Assembly (NCBI GenBank): GCA_963514005.1
Contig: OY740812.1
Location: forward strand, 12,958,001-13,022,000
Length of the DNA stretch: 64,000 nucleotides
From: Raja brachyura
Lineage: Eukaryota
Direction: 5' to 3'
Shown in pieces: positions 38,555 through 52,280 of the stretch. Numbering within the stretch: the first letter of the stretch is position 1; the number at the start of each line of letters is the position of its first letter. Made by a program: the position numbers and the translations under genes. The notes beneath the pieces were generated by a model. It was not told the origin of the DNA and ran no database searches. It saw only the letters and a program-made list of their open reading frames with translations.

Positions 38555-39352
38555 GTAAGCATAATATTAATTTTTAATAACATAATTATGGTTTCACTGT
38601 AATATCGATCAAAGCAAATTCAAATCTAAGTTTTTGAGGGTCTCAAAACTTAGAGAAGTTACTGTTATCAGTTGCTAGGGAAAAATTGTTAGAAAGGAAT
38701 TCCATTACAGTAGCTTTTGAATCAATGGCAACTCTCCATTCACAAAAGCTTTCTCCAGATCTCCCAGAGAACAATGATTTCCAAGGCCCATTAGGCTGCA
38801 TCGTCCACTGATAATACACCGCTATTTCAACCCATTCCCCAACTATTCCAAAATCAAAATCCTGAGGGTATTTAAGTTTCACACTGATCTTTAAAGGTAA
38901 CAGGATACATTGAAAAGCCTTTGGGGAGGGTGGGGGATGTGCATAGAATCCTTATTTTTATTAAGAGGCATGCAGTACCATTGTAGGACCACAGTCTTAG
39001 AGAAGCAAAAGAGTTAAGAGTGATACTGAGGAGAAAGAAGCAGATAATTTGGCAGACTGGAGTTATTTTCATTAGAGTAAGCAAAACTGGACATCTGAAG
39101 AATTCAAAATCTTCCAATAGTTTCAATACAGTAAATATGGAGAGTGTTACCCAAAGGCTGGTTGCTTAAACTGTTTGGCGAAAGCACCAGTAGTGGTGTG
39201 GAATATTTTTTTTCCATGGAGTTACACAGGCCTCATATACCTCAATTCTATCATTCCTCCTCCTTTCCTTAACTGACACCCTTCTGACTCCATTTCATCT
39301 CTAGCTTACTCTGCCCATCTGCCAATCAAATTTCCTTCTCCTGTAACTACTT

Positions 39353-40528
39353 ATAGAAACATGGAAAATAGGTGCAGGAGTAAGCCATTCAGCCCTTCGA
39401 GCCTGCATCGCCATTCAATATGATCATGGCTGATCATCCAACTCAGTATCCTGTACCTGCCTTCTCTCCATAGTCCCTGATCCCTTTAGCCAGAAGGGCA
39501 ACATCTTACACCCTCTTAAACATAGCCAATGAACTGGCCTCAACTACCTTCTGTGGCAGAGAATTCCACAGATTCACCACTCTGTGTGAAAAATGATTTT
39601 CTCATCTCGGTCCTAAAAGACTTCCCCCTTATCCTTAAACTGTGACCCCTTGTTCTGGACTTTCCCAACATCGGGAACAAACTTCCTGCATCTAGCCTGT
39701 CCAACCCCTTAAGAATTTTGTAAGTCTCTATAAGATCCCCCCTCAATCTTCTAAATTCCAGCGAGTACAAGCCGAGTCTATCCAGTCTTTCTTCATATGG
39801 AAGTCCTGCCATCCCAGGAATCAGTCTGGTGAACCTTCTCTGTACTCCCTTGATGGCAAGAATGTCTTTCCTTAGGTTAGGAGACCAAAACTGCACGCAA
39901 TACTCGAGGTGTGGTCTCACCAAGACCCTGTACAACTGCACTAGAACCTCCCTGCTCTTGTACTCAAATCCTTTTGCTATGAATGGCAACATACCATTCG
40001 CTTTCTTCACTGCCTGCTGCACCTGCATGCCTACTTTCAATGACTGGTGTACCATGACACCCAGGTCTCGTTGCATCTCCCCTTTTCCTAATCGGCCACC
40101 ATTCAGATAATAGTCTACTTTCCTGTTTTTGCCACCAAAGTGGATAATGTCACATTTATCCACATTATACTGCATCTGCCATGCGTTTGCCCACTCACCC
40201 AACCTATCCAAGTCACCTTGCAGCCTTCTAGCAACCTCCTCACAGCTAACACTGCCCCCCAGATTTGTGTCATCCGCAAACTTGGTGATGTTGCATTCAA
40301 TTCCCTCATCCAGATCATTAATATATATTGTAAATAGCTGGGGTCCCAACACTGAGCCTTGCGGTACCCCATTAGTCACTGCCTGCCATTCTGAAAAGGA
40401 CTTGTTTACTCCTACTCTTTGCTTCCTGTTTGCCAGCCAGTTCTTTATCCACATCAATATTGAACCCCCAATACCGTGTGCTTTAAGTTTGTGTACTAAT
40501 CTCTTATGTGGGACCTTGTCGAAAGCCT
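39353..40528 (-). mobile_element. Young CR1 LINE, 5'-truncated, inserted in a Penelope-derived pLTR
   Basis: Uninterrupted RT frame of >300 aa (AFDKVPH...GVPQGSVLGP...FADD...HLEYCVQFW) and an intact 3' tail. The flanks 39270-39352 and 40529-40710 join into one pLTR-type repeat. Confidence 0.93.
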
Positions 40529-42043
40529 CACTTGCAAAGCTTTGCCCCGTGCCCTCCTCTTCCGTCTTTCTCCCGTTAACTGTCAGAAGGAGGGTCCTGA
40601 TTAAAATGTCATCTGTCCGTTCCCTCCACAGTTGCTCCCCAACCAACAGGATTTCTCCAACACTTAGCATTTTCTCATGATTCACGCATCTGCAGTCTCT
40701 TGTGTCTACATATAAACATTCCCTTTGGCCCACAATATCTATGCCAACCACTATGCCTGTCTATATTAATCCCACTTTCCTGCATTAATTCCATTTCACT
40801 CTATGCCCTGCTCATTCAAGTATCTATCAAGATACCTCATAAAAGTTGTTACAGTTTCTATTTCCACAGGTTCATTCCAGAGTTGTTGTGATCCGCAAGA
40901 TACCGACTGAAAGCATTCGATGATAACAAATTGGATAAATATGACCCGCATCAGCATTGAATTATTTGTTTCCATGAACAAATTGAATGGCGGTGCTGGC
41001 TCGAAGGGCCAAATGGCCTACTCCTGCACCTATTGTCTATTGTTTGGTTACATGGTTTCTTTATTTTGCACCACTGGAATGTTGCTTCTTTCTATCCCTA
41101 TCATAATCACAAAAGATTAATTGTATGACTCAGTATAGTGGTAAAGAAGAGATCATATTACCTGACCAGTGTTAAACTGACAATCTAGGGGCACCAAATT
41201 CAAATCTTACCACTGCAGCTGTGAAATTTAAATTCAAAAACTAATCCTGAATTTGACAAAACAACAACTCGTCTTAACAATGGCAAACATAATATCTACT
41301 AGATTCTTTTAAAACCCCATCTGGTTCACCAATATTACTCAGAGGAGGAAACCTACTGCCTTTACCTGGTCTGGCATCATTGTGACTGTACTTATTTTGA
41401 CTCTTCAGTGACTTCCACTTTAATACCGTTCAATTACACCATTTATTTTCATCAGAATTACTGCAGATGTTCAAAATGACAGCTCACTACCTTAAAAGCT
41501 GTTAGAATGAGCAGTATATTACTCACTTTATCATTATTCACAATGTAATAATCCGACCTGTCGCTTTAATTTATTCCAATATACTAGAATTTCCAGATCT
41601 ATCTCGGGCCTTCTGCAAATGCACACCGTTATGTAAGTTTGATACGATTTTTGGAGGAACAGAAATCCATTAGTTAACTTTCCAGATATAAAGACTCTTT
41701 TTGGAATGTCTGCAGATTATTTTAGATTTCTGTGGAACATGCAGTGTTTTGCTTTTTGTTAATCTCATTATATTATCTATTTTTGTCCCTGTCCAAGTTT
41801 CTGCCTTTTAAAACTCTCGAGCAAGTACTCCATCCCCAATTATTATTCAGCATCAAAGAGATACCTTCCATTACTAACAGGCAGTAATTTGTGAACAGTG
41901 TTTCTTCCTGAACAGTCTGATGTGATATATTAATTTTCCAACCCCACATTCTGAATTTCTCCCATCTTTATCTCCTCAGTTTATCGTGCTCATTTTTGTC
42001 TTTCAAAAGTAGAAATTAGAGTTTGTTGTGATTCCTTCTGTAG

Positions 42044-42145
42044 CAAATCAAAGTAACCATGAATGAAGAAGATATGGACACCTATGTATTTGCCATTGGG
42101 TCACGGAAGGCCATGGTCCGAATGCAGAAGGAAATGCAGGATTTG
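42044..42145 (+). CDS. CCDC47: CCDC47 coding exon 6
   Basis: [34 protein letters not shown]. Confidence 0.95.
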
Positions 42146-43758
42146 GTATGTATTTGCACAAGGAATAATGAACAGAGTCTGTGGCTGCTACCACTAATGA
42201 GCAACTTGTTTACTATGGTCCATTCCCAGGCGATCAGATTCTTACTATTGCAACAAGCATTCTGCTTGGTGTTCTATGCACAACGCTGTACACTATTACA
42301 GACATTCAATTGATAGCTTTTAAGCTTCTGTTAAATAGATTTATTATCTATACAATCAGTTCTGCAGATGTGGCTCAAAGACTGATAAATTGTGTTAAAA
42401 AGTGAATCAATTATGGTCTGAATTTGAGCAATGAATCTGATCCAGTCACCAAAGGGAAACATAAGGAGGCAAATTATTTTTTTGTCTTTAATTGCAGGAG
42501 GTTTTTAATACAGGAGCTAAGAGGATACCTTTAAACAATTATGCAGGGCCTTTGTGGCACAAACCTGGAATATTGGGGACATCAAAAAATTGTAGATGCT
42601 GGAAATCTGAAATAAAAATGGAAATACTCAGCAGGTCAGGCTACATCTGTGAGAAGAGAAACAGGGTTAACTTTTCAGGTTGAAGTCCCTCGGTTGGAAT
42701 ATTACACGCTGTTTTGGTCTTCATAGCTCAGATGACATACTTAGCATAGGGAACCAAACTGTTTCCTGCACTCACAGGGCTTTTGTATGAGGAGAGATAG
42801 GATCGATCAGACTTGTATTCACTCCAGTTTAAACGAATGTGAGAAGATCTAATTGAAATGTACAAAATTCTGGTGCAGCTCAACTGGCTGGATGCAAGGA
42901 GGATGTTTCACCATGCTACAATATCCAGGACCGGCTTCAGAAAGCGGGATAAGACATTGAAGACTGAGGAGAAATTACAGCACTCACAAAGTGGTGAATC
43001 TATCTACTTTTCTAGAGAGATTAGAGTCATTGAATATGTTTAAGAAAGGGTAGATGCATTTCTATGTACAAAATATATCAAGAGAAATAGGGAGAGTGAA
43101 AGCATGGTATTAAGCTATTTTTCTTTTTATTTTCTGACGTTTTATAAATACTATAATATCTATATTATTGAATGGCAAAGCAGATGTGGGAGCCTTGACC
43201 AGCACTTCATAACATTGTAGCATAACAGGAATTGAGTAGATTCCTGAATACCTGAATGTTTTCTTTTGAATTAGAGAATGGAAATCATTGAGCTAGCTGC
43301 CCTTCAATAGTCTCTGCCACTAAATACAGATCTTAAGCAGGTTAATACATGCAAAGATACATGTTCGACAGGTGGAACCGATTGCAGAGTTTTCTGTCAT
43401 ACTATAACCACTGCTGGAAATAAAAATATGGACTGTCTGGCCTTTGACACTAATACTTAAATAAGGACAGGTGGTGTGAGCATATTCCTGATTATGTACA
43501 ATCTCCAGTGTTTTTAGTGGATCGAAAGACATTTGGACCGATATATAGATAGGAAATGTTTACAGAGCTGTGGGCCAAAAGCAGGCCTATGGGACGAGAC
43601 CATGCTTGGTTAGCACAGACAAGGTGGAACGAAGGGTCTGTTCCCATGCTGGATACCTCAGTAACTAATAACTTACTGCTGACCTTTCAATCTTTTAACT
43701 GGAACACTATTTCTTGCACATATGGTCACAGTTCGAATACCATCTGCTTTGTTTTCAG

Positions 43759-43869
43759 AGCGAGTTCTGCAGTGATAAGCCCAAGTCAGGGATTAAGTTT
43801 GGGCTTCCTGATTCGCTCTCTATCCTGTCTGAAATGGGTGAGGTCACAGAAGGTATTTTGGACAATAGG
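43759..43869 (+). CDS. CCDC47: CCDC47 coding exon 7
   Basis: [37 protein letters not shown]. Confidence 0.95.
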
Positions 43870-44546
43870 GTGAGTATGCTGAAATGGGTAATGTGTTAAA
43901 CTTGTGTAAAAGCTAACAACATTTCTTATCAAACTCTGTCTTAGTTTGAGATTTGCTCCCAGAGCTCAGTTATGCATGTCCAGGTTTATGTTCAAGTGTG
44001 CGTGGAATTATTGCATTTTCCATTGATGCTCTGCACAATGACCCGAGATAAGGACAAAGCCTTTGTGACCACCTTTAGCCAGATATGTCAATTAGATATT
44101 CCATCTCTCGATTCTCCTGGGATCTCCACCGTCAGTGAAGCTAATCTTTAAAAATTGAAAAGGCTTTGCAAAGTGAGATAGGAAGAGTTCAGAGCCAGCA
44201 TCCTCTTGTTGGAGTGAAAGGCAAGGCTGGTAAGATTGGGGGAATCTTGGCTGATGAAGGATATTGAGGGCCTGGTCAAAAAAAGGTGGCAAATGTTTAT
44301 TATAGGCAGTTGGGATCCATCAAGATCCTTGAGGAAAATAGGTGCTGTAGGAGTACACTAATGATGGAAACTGGGGCAAAAAGGAGCCATGGTATATAAC
44401 TTAGAGACTAAAAACATTCTCTAAGGATGTTAAAAGCAAAAAATTAACTAGGGAGATTGTAGGTCCCTTAAAGATTCGATGTAGTAACCTTTTTTGATGT
44501 CCCATGCTGTGTAGCTCAATGCCGCGTCTTTTCTTTCTGAACCTAG

Positions 44547-44632
44547 ATGGTGCACTTCCTTTCAAATCACGCCGATAAGATAGAGTCTGTTCATTTCTCG
44601 GACCAGTTTTCTGGGGTGAAAATTTTGCAAGA
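44547..44632 (+). CDS. CCDC47: CCDC47 coding exon 8
   Basis: MVHFLSNHADKIESVHFSDQFSGVKILQ(E). Not in the ORF track; found by reading. AG/GTAAGT bounded. Confidence 0.94.
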
Positions 44633-46373
44633 GTAAGTGTCAATAAGATCTGCATGTTAAATTGTGCTTAACGTTTTGTAATAATCAATTATTGCTATTG
44701 GGAATCCTGCTTCAGTAAAGATTGTTTTTTTAAAGAATTTTCATTGAAACACTTTTCTGGGTTAGAATTTGTAGCTTATTTTGCACTGGAGTGGAACAAG
44801 ATTGCGTATATTATCGCAAAAAGTAAACTGATTGAACTCAGTGGGCCAGGCAGTATCTGCAGAGTGCAATGGATGGTTGACATTTTGGGTTGGAACCCTT
44901 CATTCAGACTAAAGGAGTCTAACCTTTAGAGGAATTTTGAAGAGGGGATATATACAGTATAAAGAGGCGAGGGGTGAGCGATAGCTTGATCCAGGTGCAA
45001 GGGGAATGAATGACAACTGTTTTCAGATGGGGAGGGAAGGGCGAAGATAGTGACAGAGGCTGGGAGGTGATGGGTGGAGACAACTGGCTTCATGTAGTGG
45101 AATCTGATAAAGGACAAGTAGAACCAAATAAGAGAGGGATGATAGGCTGGTGGGAGCAATGGGTGAGAGTATAGGGTACACAATGGGAGGATCTGCCGAT
45201 CAATCTCTCCTCACTTGATCCATCTGTCATGTGCCACCACTTGCCCCACTCCTCTCCTCTTTATATTGGCTATCTTGCCTGTCTCCCCTCTACGCTTTCA
45301 GTCCCGATGGAGACTCCCAACCAGAAGTGCCATTTGTCCATTTTCCTGCACTCATGCACACTTGAGTTCCTCCACCAATGTATTTTTCGCTCCAGATTCC
45401 AGCATCTGCAGTTTCTTGTGTCTACATTATTTGTATTGGGGCCATGGAAGTGAGATTCGTTTGGAGCCCAGGATTAATAGTTTTTCCAGCCTGTGGGTCT
45501 GGAAATATCTGGCAAACTGTCAGAACACACATTTGCAAAGCTGCCTTCCATGATCTCTGCATCTCTTTATGAACATCTCTGGCCTATGAATATTGCCTCT
45601 TCCTCGTAGAATTATTGGTGTCAGTAACTTCTTGGTTCAATAATGTATTGGTCCCTACATGGCGAAGATGATGGCAGCCCAACATGATTTGTTGCTGAGG
45701 GTACGGGTCATCTTCTTCGTGCGTATGGCGTGTGCAGCCTAAAGTTGTAGACACCAAAACACTACATCTAAACGTCGGGTTGATTGCATTAGTAGAAACA
45801 GGGTGGACCACGCAAAGGTTGCAATCTCCCACCCCGAGGCCATGGTGCACAGTTACATGGTTACAGAGGTCTCTGATACATCCTCTATGTCTGAAATAGA
45901 CTGATCAGTGGTACAAACATGGTACCATCTCCTCACATGGTGAAAAAAATACCTAGGTTCCAAATTACTCTAAGTGAGTGGCTTGTAATCCAGCCTATGC
46001 TCTTTATTTGGAGATATGAAGTACAGGAGTATGCTGTTTGTCTGAAATCTGCAAGGAAACATACACTGCTTTGCGAACAATAAGATGGAATGAACTTCCT
46101 CTGACTAACCTCCAACAAAAGTGGAATATTAAACCCATGCTGGAGCACTTCCAGTGGTGGCCTCTGAAAATATTCCTTGAACCAGCTTGTTTCTTCCACG
46201 TTTTGGGATGGAGGGCGTAGTGAGGAGGTGGTGGATTTCAAGTGGGCCAAGTTTAAAAAAAATCGTTTTAATAGTCATTTTTTAATTCTTTGTCTGGGCA
46301 GAATAATTGCAATGCTTAATTTGTTGACTGACGGAAGTCAAAATTGGTTGAATTTCTCTCTTCTTTTATTCAG

Positions 46374-46432
46374 AGAGGGTCAACCCCTCAAGCTGCCTGA
46401 CACTAAAAAGACACTACTGTTTACATTTAATG
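46374..46432 (+). CDS. CCDC47: CCDC47 coding exon 9
   Basis: EGQPLKLPDTKKTLLFTFN, phase 2/1. Confidence 0.95.
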
Positions 46433-47242
46433 GTAAGTGTGGGGTAATTTTTATTGGCATTGATTCACGTAGCTGGGAGCGAGCCTCCATGCTCCCCTGG
46501 ATCGGGAGATGATATGCATGCTCGGTGAGTAGTGTGCTTCCACGCCACTGTCAACACAGCTATGTTGCCTGTGAGTGACTTGGATCAGCTGAATTTTAGG
46601 TTGTTACAGACTCTGAAGGTGGCCACCCTGTAAATACAGCAGTATAAAGAACTGAGATGTCAGGCCCTTGAGAAGCAGCCAGTGTCATTTAATTGAGAGC
46701 TGGTGCAGAGACAGCACAGGAGCTGGCCCAAGATTTGCATGTAAAACCCTTAAACAGTGCAGATGTGATCCCCACAGTTGCTATAGCGTTTAACTGACCA
46801 AATGCCTCATCGACCTCTGGGCCTCTCTGCGCAGCCTTCCTGTGAAGCAGAGTAGTCCATGAGGGACTTCCTTTGGGTAGCTGACCCAGCAATCCTGTTG
46901 CTGCACACCCTTGAAGGGAGTTAACAGATCACACAAAGGCATGTTTAACCATTTCTAGAATTAAAATAACATTTTAAAATGGACTAAATGGATTTTAAAA
47001 TACTACTTTTAGTTTAAATGGTGATTTAACAAAAACTTTAATATTCAGAAAAATAAAGAAAGCATCTTCACTTTATGAAGTGCTGGCAAAAATTACAATT
47101 CAGCCAGTGATTTAGAAGAATGTGAAAAAATCCCATTGGCCCCGTCCCGAGATTAAATTTGACCAATTTCCTTGTCTTATTTCTGTATATGTAACATGAT
47201 TTATTGTGATTGAGCTTGGGTCGTGCATCTGTTTCTCCACAG

Positions 47243-47352
47243 TGCCTGGAATCGGCAACACTTATCCAAAGGACATGGAGTCCTTGCTACCATTAATGAA
47301 TATGGTTATTTACAGCATTGACAAGGCAAAGAAGTATCGTCTCAACAGAGAG
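47243..47352 (+). CDS. CCDC47: CCDC47 coding exon 10
   Basis: (V)[36 protein letters not shown]. Confidence 0.95.
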
Positions 47353-47999
47353 GTAAGAGCACAGTGCATCATCTTTGCTTATGTCTGATTTATCTGCAGA
47401 TCAAAATCAGTCAATGGCCATCTGTTACACCTGTTTTGATGCAATGAGACCAACTAGTAAGATAAATGATCTCAAAACCTTAATTAACACTTGGAAGACA
47501 TTTGGACAGGTGCATGGATAGGAAACTTTTACAGGGATATGAGCAAAACGTAGGCAAGTGGGACTACTGTAGGTGAGGCATTTGGTCAGCACAGGCAGGT
47601 TGAGGCCAAAGGCAAAGAGTGGCTATGCTGTATCACTGGCCGACTGGATTAAGGTAAATCCAAATGTGTTTTATAAGTATATTAAGGATAAAAAGAATAA
47701 CCAGGAAAAGAGTGGGGACCTTTAGGGATAATGGGCAATCTGTGTGTGCAGCTGGAAAGTATAGTTGAGATTCAAAATTAATACATTTCATCGGTATTCA
47801 CAAAAGAAACAGTTGGCAGTTACAGTGAAAAGGAAAGTGAAATGCAAATGTATAAATATAGAAGAGGTATTTGATGTCTTGGTAGATAAACCCACGGGAC
47901 CAGGTGAGAATTATCCCAGGCTCCCATCGGTGTAATATATGTGACGAAGAAGGTGGCAGTGTCTGAATCATGTATTCTTCTCCACTACTCCCATAACAG

Positions 48000-48167
48000 G
48001 GTAAGCTGAAAGCTGATAAAAATCGTGCTCGTGTAGAGGAGAACTTTCTAAAGATGACGCATGCACAGCGTCAGGAAGCTGCTCAGATTCGTAGAGAGGA
48101 AAAAAAACGAGCTGAAAAAGAAAGAATTATGAATGAGGAGGACCCAGAAAAACAACGCAGGCTTGAG
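48000..48167 (+). CDS. CCDC47: CCDC47 coding exon 11 (coiled coil)
   Basis: [56 protein letters not shown]. Confidence 0.96.
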
Positions 48168-48211
48168 GTACGGAATAATCCTGAGTTGACAATTATATGA
48201 TCAGGAACTAA

Positions 48212-48320
48212 AGGGCCTGTCCCACTTACGAGTCCTTGCCTCGCAAATTATGCGACTGCGTGGTCGCTTGAGGCGTACGGGCACCGAATGGCTGTGCGGG
48301 GCCGGTCCCCCACTTCAGTG
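48212..48320. mobile_element. Truncated MITE, PIF/Harbinger-like end
   Basis: TAA|AGGGCCTGTCCCACTT terminus and a CpG-rich interior. Only one end is visible. Confidence 0.4.
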
Positions 48321-48752
48321 GTTTCCTATATCATGGTGTTGCGGTCACTAGTTTACCCACCCTGCAGCCTTGGTTAATCGCTATTGCCATTTCAGAACTC
48401 TTTGCACATATGCACAGTTGGTTTGCACATATTGTGGTCCCACAAATAATAATGTGGTGATGCTCAGATAAGTTAAGGTTTAGAGAATAACTTTGGTGGG
48501 ATGTGGAAGAGGAACTGAGGGAATTCTCACCAAATTGTGGCAACAGATTGAGGAGAAACTGGGCTTTATTTCATCTGAAAGACTACTTCAGTGATGTACT
48601 ACTCCCCCAGTATGTGTCCGTCTAGGTATTGAGCTGAAATCTCCATTGTAGAAGGAAACCCCAACTCTTCGTGACCTATGCCCAATTTGTTGCAGGGTTT
48701 CAGTTCTCCCTTGTGCCCCTTGCATGGTTTAATTGTTTCCTATTCCTCACAG

Positions 48753-48833
48753 GAGGCCGCTCTCCGTCGTGAGCAGAAGAAACAAGAGAAGCGGCAGATG
48801 AAGATGAAACAGATCAAAGTGAAAGCAATGTAG
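48753..48833 (+). CDS. CCDC47: CCDC47 last coding exon
   Basis: EAALRREQKKQEKRQMKMKQIKVKAM-stop (TAG 48831-33). The joined CDS is 1434 nt = 477 aa. Confidence 0.96.
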   Translation, partial: EAALRREQKKQEKRQMKMKQIKVKAM

Positions 48834-50440
48834 AACCACCAAATAACCAGGGGCTGGGAAAGGTGGGCTGCTGTCTGGAGACGGCAGACCACATCAAATT
48901 GAAATGTTTGATTTTATTGAAAAAAAACTCAGGGCACTCAAAAGTTGGTTCTGCAGTTTTTACAACCTGTTCCGTATGCTGTTCTTGGACAATCTTGAGT
49001 AGTTTACTCTTCTTTTCTCTTCATCTACTCTTGTCCTCAATTCTGCATGAAAGTCTTTGTATGTTCTATATGGTGCTGAGGTCAGGCATGGAGTTTAAGC
49101 TGGTGGTTTGGGCATTTGAATCCCATAGCAAACAATGGGATTCCATAGCAAACAATGGGATTCAGTGCTGTTGTGGATCCCAGTTTAACCCTCTAGTTTA
49201 CAGCAGACCAAAATTGCAGATGGTAGATTTATCACACTGGTACATCCTGCATGTTCAGAGTTTTTATTTAATGAAGAACCTCAAACAAGTTTCATTGAAT
49301 TCGAATGGTCATTGAAGACTCTTGGCAACACTGAACTGCATGGATTAGTGTGAAAGCTATGTGGTGGCTGTGATCTGTCCCATGCAATATGATTGAGCAA
49401 TATGAATCCTGTGGAGAATGAGGCTCCAACCCAGTGACTGAAAGCAATTCTCAGTTGCTGCACTGGTTACTGGGCTCAGTGGTTTGGGCTGTAGTTCTAA
49501 ATCTCCTATGTTGCTGCACTAGAGTGGCAATGTCTGCTGGGTTTCTGCACCTGAGCATTTTCATTGTTCTTCTTTGCCTTCTTTACTACTTCATGGCTTC
49601 TTCTCACAAATTGCACTCTTGGACATCAGGCAAGGACAAGATTATTGTATCTTTGCATTAGCTTAACACATTAAACAGGTGATCAAAACTCCACATTAGT
49701 GAGTGGCCAATTTAATTATGAAGAGTAGACATTGTTCTAGAACAAAACCATGCTTGATCTGTTTCAAAAAGGGACTTTATGTTGGGTGGGGATGAGAAAG
49801 GGAGGAGTGTGGAAAGATGTCATTCTGGCCAGTTGCTGCAATTTGGACCATGCCTGGCTCCACATATCTGAATCTTTGGTCAGTGAGAAACATCCTCCTT
49901 TGTTCATTCAGGTGTCTGGACATCTCCAGGCCCAAAGCAAGTGGTTTTTACCGTGTCCTGGTGGAATGAACAGGCCACACGATATCCAAACCCACGGCGG
50001 TACACGTTCCTCTTGTCAAATCCCACTGCTTAGCAGCAGCCATGTGATGGGAACTGCAAAATGTACAGGAGGCTGCAGATCTTCAGCTTAAGGCCTTGAA
50101 ACCTGTCATTTTATTCACCCCTTAAGTCAAGTTGTTGGGGCTGCCCTGTGCATGTGGCCAACAAAGGCAAACAATAAAGATATGTATCTCCAGGTGATGG
50201 AAAGCATTTGGTTCATGTATTGGCTACAGATTTCATGGCACCATCTAACAAAGATAGCATAGATTTTCAAGAAGTCCAGCAAGTGCTTAATATGTCTCTG
50301 AATCTAGTCAGTCCCTGGCAGGCTTTCATATGGATTTATCTGGCATGGGGCAAAAAGCAAGAGGTGAAGATGTTGAGTCAAGAATGTAATCACTCTTTCA
50401 AAGTTTGCTGCCTTGTAACATTTACCAGTAATCCCAAAAT

Positions 50441-50600
50441 ACACAAAATGCTGGAGTAACTCAGCAAAACAGGCAGCATCTCTGGAGAGAAGGAATGGGT
50501 GACCCCACCATCCCCCCCCAGCACCAGACCTCACAGGGTCACCCATTCCTTCTCTCCAGTGATACTGCCTGTCCCGCTGAGTTTCTCCAGCATTTTGTGT
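50441..50600. mobile_element. Palindromic Penelope pLTR-derived element lacking the ribozyme core
   Basis: 65-bp inverted arms (50441-50505 and 50536-50600). Direct repeat ATCCCAAAATACAC at 50431 and 50603. Confidence 0.8.
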
Positions 50601-50976
50601 CCATCCCAAAATACACGTTAACATTTCCAGTAGCCTAGTATCTTTCCCATTCAAGATGTATTTTTGGACTTGGCTACGTACTGTGTTCGTGCTAGAAGCG
50701 TTAGTGAGCTCTTTGGAGGATTATTTGTGAATTCAAGATAAGGCTTACTGAGACGTGTCACCTAACTGAAGAATTGATTTGTCAACCTGCTCCTCGGCTT
50801 CAGCCATTAACTCTGCAGCTGACACAATCCTGCATCTGAACACCACATGGAGGCCAGAGCTTGAACTGCAATATCAGATATTTGCCCCTCGACTGATGAG
50901 AATGTGGTGAATAAGTGCTTTGGAATCCAACCTATGGTACTGCATTCTAGGACAAGCCTCCACAATTGGTTTTAAA

Positions 50977-51655
50977 TGTGGTTTTAAAAGGAGCTTAGAC
51001 AGTCACTCAGGAGTATTTAGTATGCAAAGGATAATGCCAAGCCAATGAGGTTAATACTTAATTCCTGTAAAGTGGTTAAATGATACATTTTAGTAGAATA
51101 TTTTAAATCTGCTTTTTGACACGTTAAAACTTTGAACTTTCAATGACATGTCTTCTGACCCCTTTCATCTGAGGAATTCTCTCCTAAACTATGTTGCCTT
51201 GTCATTTTCTTTCTCACACCACACACTCCCACCTTATGCCATGTCAAAGTTCCAGATTTCTATTGTTTATATTAATAGGTGCTTCCTGATATCACTTCAA
51301 AATTGCCCAATACTCCCTGAAGCCTGAATTTTGCACATGTTGCTCATGCAATGGTCCTGGATTTTTATAAAATCAGCAAGAAACTGTTTAACCAAATGCT
51401 TAAATATATATTAACCCTGTCTTCCAGACCAGCCATAATATGGGATTCAGGTGGTATGATGCCAAGCATCAGCCTCTACATTAGAGCAATGAATCAGTTT
51501 AATCTTAAGCACCATTGATCGGTTATGCAATTTAAACTACATGTGCAGGGTACTGTGGTTTTAAAAGGAGCTTAGACAGTCACTCAGGGGTATTAGTATG
51601 CAAAGGATAGTACCATATCAATGAGTTTGGTATAGTTTCTGTAAAGTGGCTAAAT
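50977..51655 (+). repeat. Dispersed direct repeat of ~105 bp (50977-51081 and 51554-51655)
   Basis: Both copies start TGTGGTTTTAAAAGGAGCTTAGACAGTCACTCAGG and end CTGTAAAGTGGYTAAAT. Confidence 0.9.
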
Positions 51656-52280
51656 TTGGCCAACAGTAAGACTAAAAAAAAAGTCACGAGCCAGACACTA
51701 TTGGCTGGCCTTGTGTGCTGGTACCCACTCTTGAATAGCCCAAGAGGGTTCAGGTTGGGCCTTCAGTGGGATAGTTCATCTCAAACCCTCAATCATGGGT
51801 TTGTGAGCACAAAGATCCTGGGAAGGGGGTCAAAAGAGTTGCTTCCCAGCAGTGTTAACATGCCCAAGATAGAAGAGGGGGAAATGGGTAGAAAAATAGT
51901 TACACATTCTGTTGTATATTGGACTAGAGCCTGTCAAATTAAAGATTATGTTAATGTTACAAAGTAAATTTCCACTTGTACATTTGAGGCGAAAGGAACT
52001 TTCCTAAGGATATGAATCCAGTCCTAGGAATTTACAGCTGCAGGGTACAGGCGTGACTAATCTGTTCTGGGTGTAAAGCCTAAGCCCTTTGCCACTTTAC
52101 ACTAAAATTGCTTCTCCTGGTATTTCATGCATTGTATCTGGCATTTTAAATCAATGCTGCAGAGTCACACACGTTTGAAAGAGGGGAGGGTGCAAGCAAA
52201 ATCTTTATGTTCTTGAGTTTATTTAAGTAAATGGATAATTATTGAATCTATCATGGTATGTGTGTGGTAAGCATGGACTT

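Noticed and set aside
39540-40751. 403-aa ORF as a possible domesticated RT
   Set aside because: It is a 5'-truncated CR1 ORF2 fused by chance to flanking repeat sequence.
46433-46960. Repeat-free intronic block in CCDC47 as a possible snoRNA or poison exon
   Set aside because: I found no convincing C/D or H/ACA box arrangement and no strong splice-site pair.
47998-48006. AG|GGTAAG resembling a recursive splice site
   Set aside because: It is explained by the Gly-Lys codons at the exon start, and the GT is offset by one base from the acceptor.
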